From Candidatus Methanophagaceae archaeon (GTDB lineage: Archaea; Halobacteriota; Syntropharchaeia; Alkanophagales; Methanospirareceae), in the NCBI GenBank assembly GCA_003194435.1, contig PQXC01000011.1, positions 9,433 to 73,432 of the forward strand: a stretch of DNA of 64,000 nt, written 5' to 3'. How positions within the stretch are numbered: the first letter of the stretch is position 1; every line of letters starts with the position of its first letter. A model generated the notes under the pieces. That model was not told the DNA's origin. It worked only from the letters and a program-made list of their open reading frames with translations, and made no database searches. A program made the translations under genes and the position numbers. Shown here in pieces: positions 58,220 through 64,000 of the stretch.

Positions 58220-59159
58220 CTGTCTCACCTCCATTTCCATTGTTATTCCCTAAATCAATCTCCAGTCTTCCAAATCCCCTTGTCCCCATCCCACCTATGC
58301 CAAGATTCCTCAGATAAGGAGAGACAGCACTGATTATTTTATCGACAACATCCGTGTCTATATCTTTTTGTTTTGCCAGAGCCTTATCTACACCAATTTC
58401 AAATCCAAGCACCGCGCCTCTTGGTATCGCTTCATAGGCGAATAAAGCACCCTCTGCTGCTGTTCCCGTCTCTGGGTCTATTCTTACAGATGTCCTTACT
58501 TCAAGGTTGTCATTTACAATATGAGAAAAGAGTTTATCGGAGACAACAACTATCCTTTTTACCCAGTTATCTATCTTTTGTGGTAAAGCAATCTCTTTTC
58601 CATCCTCAGGCTTTTTAACTTCAAGCAACAGCCAGCCAAGATTCAGGTATTCATCAGTGTTTTTCTCTCTAGGATTCAGTTTTCTATCAGTGTCTATCCC
58701 TTTAATTGCATATGCTTCATTGCCTATTTCATCTGGAATCTTTATGTTTTCTCTATTTTTATCTTTTATTTCCCCAAACCAGTACCCAAGCAGTTCTTTT
58801 GTCGTAATCCACACAGTTCCCTGGATTGAGGAAACAGGAAATAGGATTATCTGTCCATCGTAGAACTGCAAGATACCTTTTTCTGTTTTGTTCTCTCCGG
58901 GTTTACTTCCAAATACACTTTCAATATCCACATCTCTGAACTTCTGTTTCTCTTCTTTCTTTTTATCATCCTCTTTTACAATCTCTGCAAATGTCCTTAC
59001 AACACCAGCGATTGAAGTTCCCGGTATCTTCGGCACATCTGTCGCAGGGTCCCTCACAATTGTATTGTCCACCCTTCCCAGTCTATAGCCACCTGCACCG
59101 ATATGTATCGGGTCAAGCGCTCTTGCATACACCCTTTTTGGTTCCAACTTATTATTCAT
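58206..59159 (-). CDS. cmr4: Cmr4 (Cas7-group backbone RAMP)
   Basis: DPIHIGAG...G.VDNTIVRD..T..PKIPGTS..G..R, RTSVRID..TGTA..GALF.YE, GIGGMGTRGFG. Confidence 0.92.
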   Translation of the reverse strand: MNNKLEPKRVYARALDPIHIGAGGYRLGRVDNTIVRDPATDVPKIPGTSIAGVVRTFAEIVKEDDKKKEEKQKFRDVDIESVFGSKPGENKTEKGILQFYDGQIILFPVSSIQGTVWITTKELLGYWFGEIKDKNRENIKIPDEIGNEAYAIKGIDTDRKLNPREKNTDEYLNLGWLLLEVKKPEDGKEIALPQKIDNWVKRIVVVSDKLFSHIVNDNLEVRTSVRIDPETGTAAEGALFAYEAIPRGAVLGFEIGVDKALAKQKDIDTDVVDKIISAVSPYLRNLGIGGMGTRGFGRLEIDLGNNNGNGGETDAQS

Positions 59160-62079
59160 TTTCTTCACCTCTATATTTTGTTACATGCCTGAAAAGAATA
59201 ATCGTATCAAGTAAAAGTCCATTAATAGCAGAGTTTACAAGGAAAAATTTAGTCTCTTCTCTCAAATTATTCCACTTTCTGTCGAAGGCATCTTTTAAAA
59301 TGGCTTCTGCAAACTCCATAAAGACAACTCTCTTACCTCCATCTTCAATATCTCTCCATTCCCTCAATTTTGATGTTAGCATCTCTTCAATAAAGTTTAT
59401 CTGGGATAAAGAAAGATTTTCTGATAAGATGTCCCATAACTCAAGCATCTCTGAGACCTGATAAAAATAGTAAGGCCTTCCGCTAAACAGTTTATAATCC
59501 TCTCCGCCCCTATTTTTGCCCTTGTAATATATGCCATACCTGTCGGTTGTTCCCAAAAGCAACTCAAAATCAAAATATCCTGGATATAAATGGAAAATTT
59601 CCCCCTTAGAAATAGAGGATAAAACATCCAGTGTATATTTTTCACCCGCTTCTACCGTTTTCGTTGGATAAAAACTGTAATACCATCCATATCTATGCCC
59701 ATCTACATTCCACCAGGGATTCATGGGCTCCTGAGTTTTAAATTCATCCCCTTCAAGCATCCTTTTTTCCGCATCAAGGAGAACATAGAGCGGAAACTTT
59801 CTTTTTGCCACCAACAATTTTATGTTCAATGGCAATTTCCCAAGCACCTTCTCAAATCTCTCATTGTAGAGTTTTGTGATTAACTCTGTTATTTTCATTG
59901 AATCTGATGCAGGAACTATCAAGCGAAGGGATAGCGGAGAGCGATTGATTTCAATCAGAGGATAGTATTCTTCTGTTTCTATACTCTTTTCGTCAGGTTT
60001 TATTTTCTCATCAGAATCGGAACTAAATTTTAATAAATTTTTATCCGGCTCGTCTTCCAGTGCGAGGTAGTCAAATCCATTCTTCAAAGCCTCTTTGACC
60101 GCCTCTTCTCCTTTTTTCTTCTTAAACTTGGATTTGTTGTTAAACTTAAACTCGAATTTCTCCAAGGACTCTATCGTATAGAACTCGCCATCCTTATTGT
60201 GAAAAACAAGGAGATTTTGTGGCTTCAAATTATCTATTTTGGGCTTTGAATTATCTGTTTTGAGTATGTAAGTCGTAGTATCTTTCAATTTTTGCTTCAA
60301 ATCACTATTGCTTACGGTAAACCTTACCCTTCTCCATTTATTGCTATAAATCTCATCCCGTATTTTCCTTACAATTAAATCAAAAAATTCCTCTGTCTCC
60401 TTCCATATCCGGTATAAGCGAGCTGGGGATGGGTTCTGGGTGAAGAACCAAGATAGAATATTATTTGCATCATCTTTTATATCGTCTGGAACATTATCTG
60501 CATTTCCATCTTCCATAAAACATTCAAGTAATGTTTTCACTTCTGTTCTCCTTTGATTTTCTGCAATCCACTTTGCAATATTTAAAGCGTCTTCTTCAGG
60601 ATTACCTGTTTGCTTAATACTTCTATCTTTTAAAATATTCTGAGTGGTTTTTTTCTTATACCTCTCTCCATTTTTCCAATCCTCAAAACTCTGGCTATAG
60701 AGTGTTCCGATCATCGTGCCATCAAGCCAGTTATCAAGACAAAAATTCAGAGAAATTAAAGCAACCCTATTGTTTTTATCTGCAATCTCATCAATCCATA
60801 CTGTATTCTGCCTGTTTGAAAGCCATTGCTCAAGTCTTCCCATTCTTCTATCCTCACAAATCTCGCATCTTTCCGCCTTTTCATCCTTCGGTCTTATCCG
60901 GCAAACGGGGCAGATGTCTATTTTTGCGTCTTTCCTTTTATCTCTTATCTTGTTAGCCAATCTCTCAAATTCGGTTTCCATATCAAAATTACTTTCAATA
61001 TCTATCTCTTCCCGTTCTTTTTCTTTATCGTCTTTTTTAACAAACAGAGTTGGGCTTATCTTTGGTATCTTCCTCTTTTCAGATGCAAACTTCAACTCCT
61101 CTGAAATAGTGGTAAGTGTTGCGGATGCCCTACTCAATGTAAAGAACGGCCAGAGTTCATTATTACTTTCCCTGTAAATGATTTCTAAGGCCTTTTCTGC
61201 GCATTCTCTGGCAAGCTCTTTTGATTTGTCATTTAGATTTGGGAAGGTGAAATAAATTCCATTCGTATCCTCATAGATTGTATTTCCGATGGGAGCCGCA
61301 TCTTCAAATTCCTTCTTTAATTCCTTCTTGATATTCTCAATAATCTCTTCCCTCGCCTTGATCTCGGCAATCTTTTTCCCTCTGTTTATAAATTCTATCC
61401 CATCCCAGCAAACACCAGATATTCTCCATTGTGGATTTTCGATATCTATATTTGCTCCACAAACTTTTGCCGCCAGAAGGGATTTAAACAGTGATGCAGT
61501 AGAATATGAATGGTCCCAGAGGGTAACATCGTTTGAGGGTATTCTTGTCTCTCCAAGGGCATGGGAGAAATACACTTCTAAAGTTTTCATAAGAGATTCT
61601 CTAAAACAAGTGGGGCTTATCGTCCCTGAGATATAGCTCTTAAATAATCCGATCAGAATGTCTTCCAGATTCTCAAATCTCTTCTGGAGACATACAAGGT
61701 CTATCTTCTCCTTTTTATATCCAAACGGAGAGGCTATCCAAGTGTCCGCTAAATACTGCTTCTTCCTCACAATACCTTTATCGTCAGCAGAGTCTTTCTT
61801 ATCGCATTTTTCCAAGCATTCTAAAATAAAGCCTTTCGCATCATGATGATATCTAATTAAATCATAAATTGTTTTTCCTTCACCTTCACTACCAATATTT
61901 ATCTTGAGATTTTTAAAATGACCTATGAGTTCACCATTAATAAATTTATCAATCTCTCTCGCATGATGAAGTCCTTTTATATTTTCTACAGATTTGCTTT
62001 TAACAAAATCAAGATGCAATTTTCCAATATCGTGGAGCAATGCACCTATTTCTCCTATTAATATAGCATCTCTATTCAT
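59152..62079 (-). CDS. cas10: Cas10 of type III-C (Csx11-like): HD domain, degenerate Palm
   Basis: EIGALLHDIGK, HH, NDVTLWDHS, Zn finger CPVC..CEIC, NPSPARL.RIW; no GGDD. Confidence 0.88.
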   Translation of the reverse strand: MNRDAILIGEIGALLHDIGKLHLDFVKSKSVENIKGLHHAREIDKFINGELIGHFKNLKINIGSEGEGKTIYDLIRYHHDAKGFILECLEKCDKKDSADDKGIVRKKQYLADTWIASPFGYKKEKIDLVCLQKRFENLEDILIGLFKSYISGTISPTCFRESLMKTLEVYFSHALGETRIPSNDVTLWDHSYSTASLFKSLLAAKVCGANIDIENPQWRISGVCWDGIEFINRGKKIAEIKAREEIIENIKKELKKEFEDAAPIGNTIYEDTNGIYFTFPNLNDKSKELARECAEKALEIIYRESNNELWPFFTLSRASATLTTISEELKFASEKRKIPKISPTLFVKKDDKEKEREEIDIESNFDMETEFERLANKIRDKRKDAKIDICPVCRIRPKDEKAERCEICEDRRMGRLEQWLSNRQNTVWIDEIADKNNRVALISLNFCLDNWLDGTMIGTLYSQSFEDWKNGERYKKKTTQNILKDRSIKQTGNPEEDALNIAKWIAENQRRTEVKTLLECFMEDGNADNVPDDIKDDANNILSWFFTQNPSPARLYRIWKETEEFFDLIVRKIRDEIYSNKWRRVRFTVSNSDLKQKLKDTTTYILKTDNSKPKIDNLKPQNLLVFHNKDGEFYTIESLEKFEFKFNNKSKFKKKKGEEAVKEALKNGFDYLALEDEPDKNLLKFSSDSDEKIKPDEKSIETEEYYPLIEINRSPLSLRLIVPASDSMKITELITKLYNERFEKVLGKLPLNIKLLVAKRKFPLYVLLDAEKRMLEGDEFKTQEPMNPWWNVDGHRYGWYYSFYPTKTVEAGEKYTLDVLSSISKGEIFHLYPGYFDFELLLGTTDRYGIYYKGKNRGGEDYKLFSGRPYYFYQVSEMLELWDILSENLSLSQINFIEEMLTSKLREWRDIEDGGKRVVFMEFAEAILKDAFDRKWNNLREETKFFLVNSAINGLLLDTIILFRHVTKYRGEENE

Positions 62080-62855
62080 TTCAATACACATTTTCCCACC
62101 TCCCCAAGCACGGTTGAAAACACATCTTCAAATTCTGGCAGTGCTTTTAACTGATGTTTCAAAGAGCTTTCCCATGCGCTTTTGAAGTCATTTTTCCTTT
62201 GCTCAAAACCTTTAATATCCATCTCAACATTTTTCCTTCTGAACTTCTCAGGTAATATCTCAAAGACTTTCTTTTTTTCCACTCTATCCCATAGATACCA
62301 GACGTCATAGAGGTCTCGTGGTCTTGTTCTCTGAAAGAGACTCCTTATTTTCTCTGACAGAATCTCTTCAAGGGTGTATACCCTTATTTCAGCCTCCAGA
62401 GTATCGGAATACGGATGAATTATTCTTCTCACACTTAAAGGTAAAAGTATCTTCTCGTTTTCTTCATTTGTTATATCTATCTTTATTTTTGTCCTGCTTT
62501 CTCCACGCTGCATAATCTGAAAGTAAACACTGATCTCAAAGCCATTTTCGTTTTCCTGTGTTTCAATATCATCACTAAAGTTTATCCCGCTTTCCTCCCT
62601 CGCTATCGCAACTGCATTTTTTATCCTATTCGTCAGTTCATCATTCTCTACGCCTTCAAGTAAAGTAAAATCAAGGTCATCAGAGAATCTGTAATCGCCA
62701 ATATATACTTTCCTTATACCAGTTCCACCTTTAAGCAGCAGTGGTAGAGATGATAATGCCTTCAATAGCCAGTTCTGTGCATAGTCTCTTTCAATGGTTG
62801 ACACAGGAACGCCCTGTTCTCTTGCTTTTTCCCTGATCTCATTTTGCGGGATCAT
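62076..62855 (-). CDS. abiEii: AbiEii/AbiGii nucleotidyltransferase toxin (type IV TA)
   Basis: IERDY, LKGGT.I.K.Y...RFSDDLDFT, EI.SEKIR.L.QR..PRDLYD. Confidence 0.92.
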   Translation of the reverse strand: MIPQNEIREKAREQGVPVSTIERDYAQNWLLKALSSLPLLLKGGTGIRKVYIGDYRFSDDLDFTLLEGVENDELTNRIKNAVAIAREESGINFSDDIETQENENGFEISVYFQIMQRGESRTKIKIDITNEENEKILLPLSVRRIIHPYSDTLEAEIRVYTLEEILSEKIRSLFQRTRPRDLYDVWYLWDRVEKKKVFEILPEKFRRKNVEMDIKGFEQRKNDFKSAWESSLKHQLKALPEFEDVFSTVLGEVGKCVLK

Positions 62856-63610
62856 TCAATCCTCCCCATAGTCTTCTCATCCAGATTTATAATCAATCTC
62901 CATTTTGCATTTTTTCTACCCTGTTTCGGCATTGTGGGGTCAAGGTAGAGATAATTTCTGGTTTTTACCTCAGGCAATTTAACATAGATGCCCAGTGTTT
63001 CAGATAGATAACCGAGACGCCTGATAATGCCCGAATTTTCAATTCTCTTCGCATATTCTGAGAGTTTTTCCGTGTTATACTTCCCTCTCTTCAATGCCTT
63101 AGCCACTTCTATTATTCCACCGCAGTATTTCGGCTTATCCAGACAGTCAACAATGGTTTTCTCTCTGTTTGTAATATAGACCTGACTCTCATCTATCCAT
63201 TCCTTCTTCAAACCAAAGAACTTTTTTTCTGCGATTCTGACGATCCGATACTCCACACCGAATATATTCAAATTCTGTTTCTTCTTTCTTGCAGTTGTTT
63301 GAATAAAGACTGTAGTGGGGATTTGCTCTGTCAGGCCGTAATGGTTCAGGGAACTCCAGTAGGCGATTGCATAGGGGTTGATAAGCATTGAGGCAATAAG
63401 AAACTCATGGAGGGTATATTTTCCCTTTTCTGCACCCAGAGGGATAATCATGTATTTTCCTTTCTCAATCCTTTCAATCCATCCTTGCTTTTCAAGGCGG
63501 GAGAGAATGACCTTTGTTACAGAATAATCGGATCCCAGGATATCCTGTGCATCCCTGAAGGTAAAGGTGCTCCCTTTTGATGCCAGTTTGTCAATCACAT
63601 TGATTCTCAT
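62852..63610 (-). CDS. abiEi: AbiEi antitoxin (wHTH plus C-terminal domain)
   Basis: L.RL.K.GWIERI.KGKY, Y.SL..YGLTEQIP, T..EKT.VDCL.KP.YCGGI.EV, RLGYL. Confidence 0.9.
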   Translation of the reverse strand: MRINVIDKLASKGSTFTFRDAQDILGSDYSVTKVILSRLEKQGWIERIEKGKYMIIPLGAEKGKYTLHEFLIASMLINPYAIAYWSSLNHYGLTEQIPTTVFIQTTARKKKQNLNIFGVEYRIVRIAEKKFFGLKKEWIDESQVYITNREKTIVDCLDKPKYCGGIIEVAKALKRGKYNTEKLSEYAKRIENSGIIRRLGYLSETLGIYVKLPEVKTRNYLYLDPTMPKQGRKNAKWRLIINLDEKTMGRIE

Positions 63611-63612
63611 TT

Positions 63613-64000
63613 CTATGCACCATCCTTAACATTATTGTTTACTTTGGTGTATAGCATTGAGAAAATATCCTTTTTATCTTCAGGACAAACAACAACATTA
63701 TCTTCTTTCAATTTCTCAATCACCCCAAAACCAGAGGTCTTCTTAGCAGAGAATCCATAGGTGTAGAACATAAGTTTCAGTGCTTCAACAAGAAATCTAA
63801 GATCCTCTTCAACCTCTTCTCCTTTGAAATCTTTTCCTCCTGGATATGGGACGTAGAGAAGATAAAATTCTCCTTTTGCTCCTCTTTTCATAACTTCAAG
63901 TGATATGGGTGATTTACCTTTTACAGGTGTCCTGGTATCTCTTTTTAGCGGGGTTATTACATCCCTTTCCGGCTTCTCTTTAAAGAATGTCGGGAAAAAG
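63613..64000 (-). CDS. cmr6: Cmr6-type RAMP, 3' part (gene starts beyond the window)
   Basis: Frame open to the window end: FFPTFF...DVITP..R.TRTP..G..PI.LEV...F.LLY...YGFSAKKTSGFG. Confidence 0.75.
   Translation of the reverse strand, partial: FFPTFFKEKPERDVITPLKRDTRTPVKGKSPISLEVMKRGAKGEFYLLYVPYPGGKDFKGEEVEEDLRFLVEALKLMFYTYGFSAKKTSGFGVIEKLKEDNVVVCPEDKKDIFSMLYTKVNNNVKDGA

Noticed and set aside
1-64000. tRNA, rRNA or riboswitch genes
   Set aside because: No cloverleaf or rRNA-like segment recognised in the intergenic regions; tRNAscan-SE/Infernal not run.

Overview
Archaeal chromosome segment, most likely an ANME-1/Methanophagales-type (MCR-bearing Methanomicrobia-related) organism. This is inferred from a stand-alone mcrC, component A2 genes, a methanogen-type YcaO, DUF2111/DUF22, a PGF-CTERM protein and a NosD surface protein with an ANME-1-like C-terminal domain. 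Layout: (1) 1-7 kb, alpha-glucan/CBS/KEOPS/TFB housekeeping genes. (2) 7-18.5 kb, an MCR maturation/activation neighbourhood: ycaO plus a co-oriented minus-strand run of radical SAM, DUF92, two U32 hydroxylase-family paralogues, a small Cys protein, two atwA paralogues, mcrC and a SAM methyltransferase. (3) 19-28.7 kb, argH, a CrtI-like oxidoreductase and glnA with F420-type glutamate synthase subunits. (4) 29-38.6 kb, an AT-richer block with a PGF-CTERM protein, a 2178-aa secreted protein carrying two putative peptidoglycan-acting domains, an IS110 remnant and a heptad-repeat nuclease. (5) 38.7-52 kb, tyw3, an Mrp/Mbh small-subunit operon lacking the large antiporter subunit, MoxR/DUF58, argB and others. 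(6) 52-64 kb, a truncated trm56 fused to foreign DNA, an IS1 remnant, a CRISPR array (7 full repeats, 1 internal partial, 1 orphan partial) and a cas operon. In that operon a type III-C module (cmr6-cas10-cmr4-cmr5-cmr3) is interrupted by an AbiE toxin-antitoxin pair and runs directly into type I cas5-cas3, with no cas7/cas8 in view. All family assignments come from motif recognition by eye; no database searches were run. No tRNA or rRNA gene was recognised.
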